This document shows, in pieces, positions 25,161 to 38,422 of a DNA stretch of 64,000 nucleotides. Within the stretch, counting starts at the first letter, position 1; each line of letters begins with the position of its first letter. The position numbers and the translations under genes are program-made. The notes below the pieces were generated by a model. The model was not told the origin of the DNA, did no database searches, and saw only the letters and a program-made list of their open reading frames with translations. Source of the DNA: Azolla caroliniana (Eukaryota > Plantae > Polypodiophyta); NCBI GenBank assembly GCA_043228905.1, contig JBHGNT010000018.1, forward strand, positions 13,516,001-13,580,000. Direction: 5' to 3'.

Positions 25161-28100
25161 TCTGTAGCACCTTCTTGCAATCGTTGAACTTCGGGCATCC
25201 GTCTGGCCCGACCGATTCTTCCTTCTCTTGTACCGGACATCCCTTAATCGGGATGTTGTCCAAAAATGGCATGGTGATGTCCGGGATGCAGTCCTTCAAC
25301 ACTTTGTTCATCGTGTTCACCATGTGCGCCACCGAGTTGGTCCCTCCTTGCGGCTGGGTACACATCCTCAGTAAGCCGAGAGGGGTCCGCATCGTCATGA
25401 TATCCGTACTCTCTACGGCTAGTTGGAATTAATCATATCCTGAGTATAGATCACCAACCGAGTAGATCGACCTTCCAGCGATGGCCTCCCTGAACTCATC
25501 GATGGTTGGCCCGATCCCTGTGTTCCGAATGGCCACTTTATTGACCGACTGCAGGTCTTGAATGAAGCGCAATGTGCTATTCTTGTTTGGCACTATAAAA
25601 CACCGATTTGAATATGGGGCACTCGATGACTCGAGGATGCCCATCTCCACCTTCTGCTTCAGTAGCTCCATCAACTTCGGGATGTGAGCTCTAGGTACTG
25701 GAATTGGTTTGAGATTCCATGGCACGTGCGGTATCCTGAAGAAAACCATCGGCTCTACGATTGTCGGGTCGACGCAACCGATCTCCTCCGGTGCGAATAG
25801 GAAGGCCTTTCCGTGCCTCCCGAGCATCCTCCCAAACCAGTCCTCTTCGGCGGGCAGTAGGAAGCCACCCCACCGACCTTCAGCTCTCATAGCATCTTGT
25901 CGGTGCCCTATGCCGGCCGAATTCCACAAACTTTGGATACGACCCCTTTCATCCACTCTTCGTTGTCGCCCGGCAAGGGAGCCGTGATAGGCCTGACCTT
26001 TCGGTCCAGAATCTTGTATTTGGTGTCAACTAGGGCCATCTTCTTCGACCCAACCTTCTCCCTGAAGTTCGCAATGACTACGTACACTTCCACGGAATTG
26101 ACTGGAATTACCCGATATTTGCTCAAGCCTTCATCGGCTACCCTCCCGATCTCTCCAAGGGTGTCGTCGAAAGAGACTGCCTCCACGGCCCTGCTAATCT
26201 CATCTTTGAAGCTAAGGGCACCACACACCCTTAAACGCTCTTCGACTTGCTTCTTTTCCTGGCCTCTGACGCCGGTTATAGTATAACCTCTGCTACCGGA
26301 GAACCAAAACTTCCTACCTATGGTACATGTGTGGGGTTTATCCAGGGTCTTCGGACTATCACGACCCCACGCCTTGATAGCCCTCTCTAAAAATCCTCTC
26401 AGCCATCACTACCAAGAGATTTGCGGTTATGCTCATGATTGGGACGAACCGTGAGGAATTGGAAGGAGTGACGCCCGTCCTGACTCTTCACCCATGCGTA
26501 CGCTGAACCGTTGTCCAACACTTTAGTCGCCATATGGGCCGCCGTAATGTATGGTTCGCCGAGAATCACTGGGTGTGAGGAATTCTCATGCATAGAAAAG
26601 TGTTGATCAATCTCGACATCCCCAATCTTCACTCGCACATTCGGGCACACCCCGTGTAGTTTCTCCGTAGCACACGTAACCGTGTGTATCTTCCACATGT
26701 GCTTGGTGTTGATCGGCCATTTCCTCTTCTTGTAGAAGTTCATGGACATTAGGTTGATTTCACATCCGTGGTCTACTAGGGACACCACCTGTTCCTAGAC
26801 ATCCCCGATCTGAACGGGGGTCTCCGTAGTCACTCTTGCCCGATGCGGCTTCAAGTAATGGCTCTTCGCCACATCATCTTTTAGTGCCGTGTTGGCTAGG
26901 TGTGTTGTTCGCACCTCCACGGGCTTCTCCGGCTCTGGCTCCGTCACAAGCCTTTTCTGCTTCACCAAGTCCACGATGCAGTTGTGGAACTCCTTTTTGG
27001 TGATCCCTAACACTTCCCTCAGAGACACCTCCACTCGGTTGTCAAGGATCCATTCTTCGAGGACTTTCTGCAAGTCTGTCGCTCTTTGTATTTCTAAGCC
27101 CAGCTGGTAACCTACCTGCTTTACCCTTGCCTACGAGCCAGGACTGTCGGCGTCATTTCTTTTCGGCGCGCTCCGCGTCTCGTACCGGCCAGAGGGATCG
27201 GCCCCTCCACCCTTTGCCGCTCGCTTATCTTCCACCAGAACCTCGTAGTTTTGGCAGGACACATCTATGAAACCGGTCTCCTCTTCAACCAGATCGTTCC
27301 ACCCCGTAACCTGCCAGACCAGATCGTTCCACCTAGAGGGAATCCAGACAATCGTCTGTCCTCCGGGATATCCCTCATTATCATTTCAGCCTGCTAGGCC
27401 TCGAGATAGCTTGTCACGTTCTTACCTCCAAACCATCCTATTGTGCCGACGATTGCTTCGATGGCTTGTTGAGGGTATCGATACCTTCACAAGCATTCAC
27501 CAGCCGGTCTATAGCTACCACCATGGCTTCGGCGAGTTCAGTTCCCCTCATCTTCACACTCCTCTACCGCCTTCTTAACGTCGGGTTCACCAAATATGTC
27601 GTGGATTTACGCGTGTGCATGTGAAATAAAGGCGGGACCACAGAGGCCCCGGACCCAGGAGCACAAGAAGAGAAATAATAGAAACCACGATTATTAACAA
27701 GACGGGTACCAATGATTAATTAGGGGAACCAAGTAATTACATTCGGCTCAGTCGGGGCTGAACTAGGAGCTCAGTGAACAATGCACACACCCACACACCA
27801 AGATACTACAAGGAGACTCTGATGGGAGGACGCGAGCTTCCTACGTGAGCAAAGGCATCCGTGCTAACAAGACGAAGCAAAAGGCAGAGAGCGGGTGCTC
27901 GGTTCCCAGTCCGATAACACTTCATTCTCTCTAAACGAACGATCCCCAACTTAGTCCTCTCTCCCTCCTTTTATAGAACAAGGAGAGAGAGGGTTTTCAC
28001 ATCAAGTAATTAATCTCTGCCGTTTTGAGCAGAGATTCTCCTAGATTTATTCACGTGTTTAACTTGTCCTATTAAAGTTTCCTACATCACGCCGACCTAG

Positions 28101-28165
28101 CCTAGTCCTAGGTTATTTTCATGCATAGTTTATAATTTGTGTGCATCCATGCACACTACGGTTCA
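25161..28165 (-). mobile_element. Decayed gypsy element (Trp-PBS family): truncated 5' LTR 27597-~28165, PBS, gag remnant, protease, RT
   Basis: LVDHGCEINLM (PR), LRFIQDLQSVNK, GDLYSGYD, PQGGTNSVAHM and PFLDNIPIKG. Confidence 0.87.
27578..27592 (-). promoter_or_regulatory. PBS complementary to the tRNA-Trp 3' end
   Basis: TGGTGAACCCGACGT lies 4 nt from the LTR end. Plant tRNA-Trp ends ...ACGTCGGGTTCACCA (from memory). Confidence 0.8.
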
Positions 28166-29211
28166 CATGCCTTTGGTCTCCGTTTCTTCTTGTAGCCAGT
28201 TTTCCCCACGACACCATTGTGCTAGACCACCAAGAAAGATCTGGACCATCTTGTCTTCTTCCACCGTTACATTGATGGATCCGAGTGCATTGCAAATCTC
28301 CTTAATCTTGGTGGTGTAGTCCATAACTGACATATCTCTCTACCGCATGTTGTTTAGCTCTCACAAGAGTTGCAACTTACGAGCTGTGTTAGTTGTGGCG
28401 AAAATCTTCCGTAGATTTTCCCAGGCCTCCTTTGGCAGTTTGGCATCCTTGATGTAACCAAGCATCTGATTGTGCACACCGAACACGAGGCAATACAATA
28501 CTTTGCTCGCTCCTTGCTCCCATGCCGAGAAGTCTTTGTGTGACGGCTCCAGTGCTACCTCGTTGGTTCCTTCCACATAGCTCCAATATCCATGCCACAG
28601 TAGGTACTAGTGCATTTTACATGACCAAGATGCATAGTTGCTCTGGTCGAGCTTTTTTGTTGGAAGCGAACTTGCAACCCTAGGTGTTAGGGTTTGTCCA
28701 TTTCGGTTCTCTACTGTTCTTTACTGGGTGTTAGGGTTTGTCTTCGAAAGAGTCTATCGGCTGTAGAGGATTCTCAACCCTCGAGCTCTGATACCATGTA
28801 AAAGTTAGCGTGCGGAAGCTTGACAAAATCGGTTTAGCCGGGTAGCAACAGAGAATAAAGACACAGATTCAATGGAAGCTTGAGAGTATTTAGCATACAC
28901 ATGAGAGACAAAGAGAGCAAAACATAAACTTTATTCGAAAAAATAACACTTTGTATCACTCTCTGTATACAATGTGCTAAACAACACTATTTATACAAGT
29001 CCTTAGAAGGATTGATAAAAGTACTATATACTTCAATGCTCATATGAGAGGCTGACACTAACTACGAGGACAATGACTACCAAGTAGTCTAGGAGTATAG
29101 GCTACTACTAGCCTTCTGGTTCAAATTTGAATCAGGCTCACCGATCCGGCTCCTGGTTCCAGATACCATCCGGACACTGATCCAGATACGGTTGTGCTTG
29201 CTCGCTCAACA
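28166..29211 (-). mobile_element. Copia 5' end: LTR 28797-29211, iMet PBS 28785-28796, gag N-terminal fragment
   Basis: TGGTATCAGAGC, KLDQSNYASWS, YWSYVEG and KEAWENLRKIFATTNTARKLQL. Confidence 0.9.
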
Positions 29212-30909
29212 AAGTATGTGAGGACCTGTCGGTTATTTTCCTACTAAACAACACAGAGAATATGACAGAAGAAATAGATGGAAACGTAGACACAGTTTGA
29301 AGCTCTAATGGAAGCTCTCATTATTCTGTAAGTCTTTTTTCTTTAAGAGATTCAAGCTACAAGATGGTTATCATTGTCGTGCCTTTCGACGCCAGATCGT
29401 TGCGTGAGTTGGGTATAAAGTACGTTTTTCACGTAGTGTACGAAATCACTACGACATCGTTACGATTTCACACTCAAATCCTAAATCAAGGACGTATTCA
29501 CACTTAGGATACAAAATAGAAGGAGTCAGTCTTTTATGCCAATAGTTGTTAGCACAATACCGGAAAAAGGGCGTGAATGGGAGAAAGAAATTGATGCATT
29601 GAAGGACAAATTGGCCGAGCAAGCAACACTTAAAGAAAAGGAAAACCAACTACGGAGGGAAGTCGAAGAACAAAATTAGAGAACTGAAGATGGACTGCGA
29701 CTATTGTAGAGCAACATGGACCGGCTGAAGGAGGAGAAGGAAACGTTGCAGCAGGATAGGGATAAACTCTGGAGAATGGTTGAGACGGAGATAGAACAAC
29801 TCATGGAGGAACTCTGACAACAAAAAGATCGGGATGATCGGTTGAGATCCCAAGTCATCCGACGATTGAAACAAACATCAGAGGTTTTTGACAAGCTGTA
29901 CCGGGACCATAAAAATCTCGAGATGGAGTATGACTGGTAGCAAGGCAAACTTAAAGAGGTCCATGCAGAACTAAAGGAGAAGAAGAAATCGTTAACAACA
30001 CAGGAGAAGTTGTTGGAAGAAAGAACGCCACAATTGTTGGCTAACACGGCAAAGGAGCGATCAAAGTTGCTTGACACGCAAAACCAGGTAAATCGAACGG
30101 CCAAGGGTGGTATTGGAGAAAGTACAGATGACATACTAAACCTGAATAATGGATTATGAAGTGCAAGCAACGACAACTGCAACATTAATCAAGCAGTTGA
30201 AGTAGGAAAAAGAGGGCCTAGAGGACAAGGTCAAAATGGGCATCAATTGCATCCAGATGATCGTTGGAGCTTAGAGGGACCAAATGAAAAAGAAAATAGA
30301 CAATTGTTCTGTGGTGGTTTGGAATCAGTGATCGAAGTAGGTGGTGGAGCTCCAAGTTCTCCGAGTAGATGCTGAAAATTGGAAGAAGGTCGATGACAGC
30401 TTCTACAAGATGGACGAAGAAAGTATCATCACCATTCAAGAGGAGTTGTCGAAGGACTTCTATGCGTTGGCCGATGTCCAGATAGATGTCATCCTAAGGT
30501 TGCTCGAGGGATTTGAAGATAATCAACTACAAGTTATAGTACAGTTGGAAGGCTATGAGTGGGAGCAACGGCGGAAGGAAGTAGAGCAAAGAACAAAAAA
30601 GATCAACATTAGAGATGAAGATCAACAACCGGAGTCAGAGACCTCAACACAACAACGACTAGATCTAGAGCTAGAGACGTAGAGGACGGAGCTACCGGAG
30701 TTACAAGCGGAACAATTGGAGACAGAGAGAGCAGAGCCTCAGCTGGAGACACAAGCGAAGCAGCCGGAGTTGGAGATGCAACAATAGACAAGGAGTGATG
30801 AAGAGCGGCGGGAACCATTAGACCAAAGCATCCTGGACATACTTGATGAGGAGTAGAAAGGGTTGACTGTGGTTTGACATGCAATGCACTGTCCCACGGG
30901 CATGCCATG
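29212..30909 (+). pseudogene. Decayed extra 3' ORF (coiled coil) of an Athila/Tat-like gypsy, homologous to 53255-55930
   Basis: ELQVLRVDAENWKKVDDSFYKMDEESIITIQEELSKDFYALADVQ aligns with ELQLLRADVANRWKEGDDCYTLTSEEFTAIRDELADDFQVLADEQ. Confidence 0.72.
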
Positions 30910-31234
30910 TGTTGACCTAAGAGGAGTATGATCCAGAGGCGGAGGTGTGAACCAGAAAGGGATAAAGCCAGATAGATATTAATACTATATTATAGATAAT
31001 TTAGATTAAGTAAATGATGGATCTGGAGAGTTGTACCGATCTGGATCCACACCATTTCGTAATCGGTAATTGGATGAGGCACTATTTTGTACTACTTACC
31101 GGATGCCTATATAAAGGATCCAAATTGATGTATCTTATATGGAAGTAATGCAAATTAATTAGTAATTTTCTATCTTATTGTCTCGCTTGTTATCCATCTT
31201 GTGTACTTTGACGTTTGTGTTATAATTTATTATC
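30910..31234 (+). mobile_element. Truncated 3' LTR of that gypsy copy
   Basis: TGTTG start follows the same pre-LTR motif as at 53102-53123. TATA cctatataaag at ~31106. Confidence 0.65.
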
Positions 31235-31265
31235 TTATTAGGAAATTAGCTACTAGTGAACATAA

Positions 31266-31776
31266 AGGTGAAACAACTATTTAGCTACTGACAACTAATT
31301 AGATGCATATGTAAGTGATTTATAACTTAGGTAAATAGTCAAATAATGGAAGCCAAATAGTCACAGAAAAGCTGGATAAAAACAATTTCACTACATAGAA
31401 ATTTAGAATGATAAATTTCTTGATGGGAAAAGGATATTGGGACTACATTGAAGGAGACCTAGAAGAGGCTCCAGAGATCCCTGAGCAAAATGCAATTGCT
31501 GCACATATTAAAGCATTTAAGGTGAAACAACTATTTAGCTACTGACAACTAATTAGATGCATATGTAAGTGATTTATAACTTAGGTAAATAGTCAAATAA
31601 TGGAAGCCAAATAGTCACAGAAAAGCTGGATAAAAACAATTTCACTACATAGAAATTTAGAATGATAAATTTCTTGATGGGAAAAGGATATTGGGACTAC
31701 ATTGAAGGAGACCTAGAAGAGGCTCCAGAGATCCCTGAGCAAAATGCAATTGCTGCACATATTAAAGCATTTAAGG
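31266..31776. repeat. 254-bp direct tandem duplication covering the LTR remnant and gag start
   Basis: Identical blocks begin at 31267 and 31521, joined at AAGG microhomology. Confidence 0.93.
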
Positions 31777-32930
31777 AATGGAAACAAGGGGCAAGGAAAG
31801 TATTGCATTGGCTGTCACTTAACATCTCGGATTTGATGCTTGGACACATATAGGATGCTATACTTCCAAAAGAAGCTTGGGACAATTTGGTAAAACTATT
31901 TGCAGTGAACACAACGGCTAGAAAGCTTCAGTTGAAGACTGAGCTAAATACCATGGAAAAAAGTAAGATGTTAGTTAATGAGTATGCTCTAAAAATAAAG
32001 AGCATATGTGAGTCACTTGCTTCTATTAATGTAAAGGTAGAAGATGGTGATAAGGTGGAAATATGCTTAAGAGGCTTAGGACCTCAATATAAAAGCTTCA
32101 AAACATCTATTCTCACAAGGGATAGCATCCCAAGTATTCCAGATCTAGTTTCAATGCTTGTAGTGGAAGAAAGAAATCAGATGGATGATGTATACAGAGG
32201 AAACTCTAAGACTGAGGGGCAAGCCCTCTACAATAGATGAAAAAATGATGAAAAAAGCGGTAAGAGACAACAAAATAATTATGCTTCAACCAGTGAAGAT
32301 TGTGATAAAGATGGTGCATTTGTGATGCAACATGAAACAACAGCAATGGTTAAATGTTCACAGTGATGTAATGAAGATTTTATGTGGTATGTAGATTCTG
32401 CGGCATCTAATCATATGACAGGACATGCAAACTGGTTTGAAAGTATAAGAGAACCAGAGATTCATGGTTATGTACAAACAGGTGATAACACCACTCATAC
32501 AATCGAGCCTGTTGGAGATATCCCATTGTGGGAAGAAAAAGGAAAAACAAAGTATATGTTGAATGTGATGCATGTTCCAAACCTTGCAAAAAATCTCTTT
32601 TCTGTTGGACAGATAGTAGAGCAAGGAATGCAAGTTAAGTTTAAGCAAAGTGGATGCAAACAATGAAAGCTTATTGCAAGAGGAAAACGACAAGGAAGAA
32701 TGTTTGTGTTAGATGTGGATATGTCTAAAAAGATTACAACCATGTTTGCAGAAGGAATGAGTGTATCTCAGATGTGGAAATGTGGCATAAAAGAATAAGT
32801 CACATAAGTATGCAAACCTTGAAAAATATGTTGAGGAAAAATGCAGTGGTTGGACTACCTAAGTTAAAAGACTGTGAGATGAGCAAAATGTGTGAAGCAT
32901 GCCAATATGGAAAGAAAAACAAGTTGCCTT

Positions 32931-33128
32931 TGTCGAATACAAGTGTATAATGGCCGTATTCACACTGTCCCTTTGGACAGCCCAAGTTTGGGCTATTTCT
33001 GTAAATAGCATAAAGGGCAGTTGCCCAAGGATAGTCACTATATATAGTGACTTTGTAACCTTTAGTAAGGGCTGGTTGTCCTTTGTAACTGTTGCTATAT
33101 TGAGAAATATAACGTTTCTTTGTGCCTA

Positions 33129-33163
<35 letters not shown>

Positions 33164-36100
33164 CTTGTCCCTCTCATACGCAGGTTCTTCACCAAAATAG
33201 ACGTTGTTTGTTCTTCTGCACTAATGACCTTGTTCCCCAACATTTGGTATCAGAGCGTTGGACGTTCTTCAACCTGCTGCCGGCCGTCATAGTACACCAC
33301 ACAACATTTTGCTTTCGTTTTCTTTGAAGAACAGAGAAGGGAGAAGAAAAACAAAAAACTCGCATCTCCCTGTGCTAAATCAAAAATTGGAGTAAGCCAG
33401 CTCGTTGTACTCTGTTCCTTGATTGTAACCGCTTGAGGGGAGCTCCTTGTGCAACAACCGATCCAATCGTGCTTCGTTCGGTTAAACAACATCCGAATAG
33501 GTTACCGAACGCTATTCACCCACTTGCTGTAACCACCCGCTGCAGATTGGTCTCCTGACAACAACCAAATTCGTGCTTCATTCGGCTGATCGACATTCGG
33601 GAGGATCAGTTGGATCCGTCCCTTTCAGCGTTGCAGTCATCCGAAGCAGAATCGGTCCAAACAATCGGTTTTCTTGTAATCGGTATTCAACATACAATCG
33701 GAAGCTAACCGAGCTCACTCCGACTTGGCAACATTCGGGAAGACTAGCCGGTTCTGTCCCTCAAGTTACCGGAGTCACTCCGAGCAAGTTTAGCAACAAG
33801 TATCTAAAACCAAACCGACTCGGGTTCAAAACCGACTAGAACGATATCGGGTGAGCCAACCGGCTACACCCCACTAAGGTTCGTAGTCAACTCCGAACCG
33901 AGTCTTACCAACCGAAACCGAAGTAGATGTCATCAACATCCGGCTCATCGGAGATGAGTCTAAGGAGGTTCGACGGTTAGAACTTCAACTTCTGGAAGGA
34001 ACAAATGCAGGACTATATCATAGTGAAGGGTCAGATAGACCCGATTGAGAATGAAAATCCACCAGAAGCATACAAGGCAAATGAGTGGCTAAAGCTGGAC
34101 AAAATTGTTGGGGCCACGATTCGGATGCACTTGTCGAAGTCAGCGTACTTCACAGTGCAATCATGCTTTGGAAAACACTGTCGGAAACTTATGAAAAGAA
34201 GGTCGCGGCAACGAAGATGTATAGGATCCGGCGCCTCTACAACTTGCGGATGAAAGAATCTGATTCGGTTCAGGCACACCTCAACGAGTACGAAAGCATA
34301 AGCTCCCAAATCTTGTCTCAGGGGATGGCAATCGAGGATGAACTAAGGGCAATGATACTCATGAGTAGTCTCCCCTCTTCATGGGAAACTTTCGTTACAA
34401 CCGTGTGCAATGCTTCAACAGATGCCGTTAAGTACTCCGAAGTCATGAGCACAAGCCTGACTAAAGCAGCTCGGAGAAAGTCTTTCGCCAAAGACTTGGC
34501 AGATGAAGCTTACGTCGTACAAGGTTCGACCGACCGATCGAACAACCGGGGAAGTTCTTCCCGACCGCCGAACAATCAGCGAAGCCGGAGCAAGTTCCGG
34601 GACAACCGAATCTGCAACTGCTGCAAGAAACCGGGACACATCAAAGCCGACTGTCGGGCACTCAAAGGAAAAACTGACAAAGCTCAAAGAGCGGATCAGA
34701 AGAGTAGCTGGCATGAGGAGGTCAACTACGTCGGCTCTTCAACCAAAATTTTGACGATCGACTCGAACATACAGTCCATAAAGAACCTAGTCGAATTAGA
34801 AGTTCTGCTTACAATTCAGGAATCGAGCACATGGCTCCTAGACTCGGGCGTATCGTATCATGTGACACCTCACCGATCTCAGTTTCGGCAATACTCAGAC
34901 TGGCACTCCGACTCAGTTCGAGTCGGAAACTTGCAGCACTGTGCTATAATCGGAATCGGCACCGTAGAGCTTAACCTTCAGGGTGGCTCTACACTCGTAC
35001 TACACAACGTTCGACATGTTCCTGAGCTTTCAAGACCCTTGATCTCAGTCGGACAACTTGACGAAGCCGGCATCCGTGCTAGGTTCTCATCAGGAGGGTG
35101 GACACTCCACAAAGGGAACCTCCTGCTTGCTCGAGGACCAAAGGTACACTCTTTGTACCCTTTATATGTCACACTCAAAGAGGATGACTTATTTCTGGTT
35201 GATATCCCCATGTCATCGTTATGGCACGGATGGCTTGGACACCTTAGCAAGGCTGGCATAACGCACCTATGCAGAGCCGGTCACATCCCCAAGCTCTCCT
35301 TCTCAGATCACCAATTCTGCGAGCATTGCGATTATGGCAAATAGGTAGATGCATCACACCCAACATCAGCCCCAAGAGAATCGAGTCCCCTCGATTTGGT
35401 CCACTCGGACGTCTGTGACCCGATGTCACATCAATCTCTTGGTGGTGCTTCGTACTTCGTCAGTTTCATTGACGACTCGACTCGGAAGGTGTGGGCTTAC
35501 CCCATTAGAACCAAAGATTGGGTGTTCTCGATCTTCTTCGAATGGCTTGCAATGATCGAAAATTAGACCAGTCAGAAACTAAAATGTCTCTAAAACTGAC
35601 AACGGAGGAGAATTCAAGTTTGAAGAATTCGTCAAATTTTGCCGAGAACACAACATTCGACGTGAATATACGACACCTTATAGTCCGGAGCAAAACGGAA
35701 TCGCAAAACGCATGAATCAAACAATTCAAGAACATATAGTATCCATGCTCCAACACTCAAGACTGTCGGATGGCTTCTGGGCGGAGGCTCTACTTACAAC
35801 AGTACACATAATAAATATGTCGCCAAGTAGACGTCTAGGACTTCAAATACCTCAGGAAATATGAACCGGCACGACAGTAAGCCGAATTATGACAAGCTGA
35901 GGATCTTTGGTTGCGAGGCATATGCCCTCATACCGAAACACAATCGTCAGAAACTCGAACCAAAATCAAGAATATGCATTTTCCTTGGATATGGACCCGA
36001 CGACGAGATCAGATACCGACTCTAGGACCCCTCGCACAGACAAATCGTCCGAAGTTCGGATGTCGTGGTCAATGAATCGGCTAAGCATAAAACAGATGAA

Positions 36101-38422
36101 AGGCCTATTGAAGTCCGAAGGGTAATATTCTTTGAAGTGCCAACCCTTCATGACGGCCCAACCCACCACACGAGATCAATTTCATGGGTAAACGACCACT
36201 CTTGCACCGAATCCACCGATTCGGCACAGTCAAATGGCTCGGTTCCCGACCATCCGACATCGACACCCGGTGCCACTAGTCCAGTCATACCCCGCGGATC
36301 CGAGAGACTGTCACAACCTCTGACGAGGTACTCTCCCGGAATTTTGTTTACTGACACTGGCGAACCGACGTCTTACGAAGAAGCATCAACATCTGCCGAC
36401 TCAACCACCTGGCATTTGGCGATGGAGTCGGAAATGCACTCCATTCACGCAAACAAGACTTGGGACTTGGTCGAATTACCAAAGAATCGACGTGCTCTTC
36501 TGTGTAAGTGGGTCTATCGACTAAAAGAGACGTCCGACTCGACCAACCCAAAGTACAAGGCCAGATTAGTTGCGAAGGGAATATGGCGTCGACTTCGACG
36601 AAATCTTTTCACCAGTTGTAAAAATGACAACCCTTCGTTTCATGCTCGGTGTCATGGCCGCCGACAACTTGGAGCTGATTCAGCTAGATGTAAAAACAAC
36701 ATTCCTGCACGCTGACCTACAAGAGGAAATCTATATGGAGCAGCCGAAAGGCTTTGTGGCAACCGGCAAGGAACATCGAGTCTGCTGACTCAAGAAGAGT
36801 CTCTACGGCCTAAAACAGGCACCCCGATAGTGGTACAAGAAGTTCGACGACTTCATCCAGTCGGTGGGCTTCTCCAAGAGCGATGAGGACCACTATCTCT
36901 TCACCAAAACAGCTCAAGACGGGTCTCCCGTCTTCCTCATCATTTACGTGGATGACATGCTACTCTCCGGCCGACATGCCAACGAGCTCACTGAACTCGT
37001 TCGGAAACTGCGGTTGAAGTTTGCCATGAAGGACCTTAGTCCAACAAGACATATACTTGGTATGAAGATTAGTCGGCATCGCGAGAAACGACAACTTTTC
37101 TTGTCTCAAACCGACTACATCGGACATGTCTTGGAACGCTTCACCATGCACTCGGCCAAATCTGCTTCGACCCCGCTCCCCATTAACCTTCGGTTGTCTT
37201 AGCGAGACTGCCCGACATCCGGTCCGGAGGGGGAAGATATGAAGTTGGTACCGTATGCACCAGCAGTTGGCTCCCTTATGTATGCGATGGTGGCAACACG
37301 GCCTGATATTTCTGACGTCGTAGGAGTCGTCAGCAGATTCATGCACAACTCAAGCCGATCGCACTGGAACGTAGTCAAGCATGTGTTCAAATATCTAGCT
37401 GGCACAAAAGACCACGCCATTCTTTTTGGCCCAAACTCAACCTCAAGCGTAGTCGGTTACACTGACTCGGACTTCGTCGGCTGCGTGGACAATCGGAAAT
37501 CAACAACCGGATATTGTTTCAAATTCGGCAATGGAGCAATCTCGTGGAAGTCGAAACTTCAGGAGTGCACAGCCACTTCAATGACCGAAGCGGAATATGT
37601 AGTTGCGTCCAACGCAATAGAAGAAGCTTTATGGCTCGGTTGGTTGGCGCACACGTTTCGAGAAGTCGACCTCGACTCAGCTCCAGTTGTCTACATCAAC
37701 AATCATGGTGCTTTTTCTTTGTCAAAGAATCCGGTTCACCACAACGCCTCCAAGCATATCGACGTTCGATATCACTTCGTTCGGGACTACGTCATTTCAG
37801 GGAAAATCGGTCTCAAGAAAATATCCACAACCAATAATGTCGCAGATGGAATGACCAAGTGTCTTTCGGCGGATCGTTTCCGGTCCCTTTGGCACCAGAT
37901 GGGCATAACGAAAAATTGGTCCGGTTAAAGTCGGACACACAACACAGGATGGTTTCGGACCACCAACATCGGTTCTCTGAGGATCGGCTTTAGCTCTTCC
38001 AACCCGACTGGTTCGGTCTTTAGTCTTAAGATCCTGCCGACTCGAACAAAACCGATTTGTCCGAAAACCTTGTACATACTTGTAACTTTAGTATAACCCA
38101 TGTATATGCCCATTACAGGGGAGTGTTGAATACGAGTGTATAATGGCCGTATTCACATTGTCCCTTTGGATAGCCCAAGTTTGGGCTATTTCTGTAAATA
38201 GCATAAAGGGCAGTTGCCCTAAGATAGTCACTATATATAGTGACTTTGTAACCTTTAGTAAGGGTTGGTTGTCATTTGTAACTGTTGCTATATTGAGAAA
38301 TATAATGTTTCTTTGTGCCTATCTGTGTGTGTGTGTGTGTGTGTGTATCTTGTCCCTCTCATACGCAAGTTCTTCACCAAAACAAATGTTGTTTGTTCTT
38401 CCGCACTAACGACCTTGTTCCC
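32931..38422 (+). mobile_element. Near full-length copia element F (Tork-like): LTRs 32931-33242 and 38124-~38422, iMet PBS 33245-33256, PPT 38115-38123
   Basis: Two LTRs about 95% similar by eye, each with (TG)n. It interrupts the host frame KLP|FPHERH. Confidence 0.94.
33927..37928 (+). pseudogene. Element F gag-pol with stops and frameshifts
   Basis: Motifs CNCCKKPGHIKADC, LLDSGVSYH, LWHGWLGH...CEHC, QLDVKTTFLH, IYVDDML, GYTDSD and SKHIDVRYHF. Confidence 0.95.

Noticed and set aside
27578-27592. tRNA gene
   Set aside because: Only a 15-nt 3'-end match (a PBS). No cloverleaf is present.
19288-29211. LTRs 19288-19703 and 28797-29211 as the pair of one element
   Set aside because: The LTR sequences are clearly divergent, the flanks (CTTTT versus AAGTA) do not match, and the interior is chimeric.
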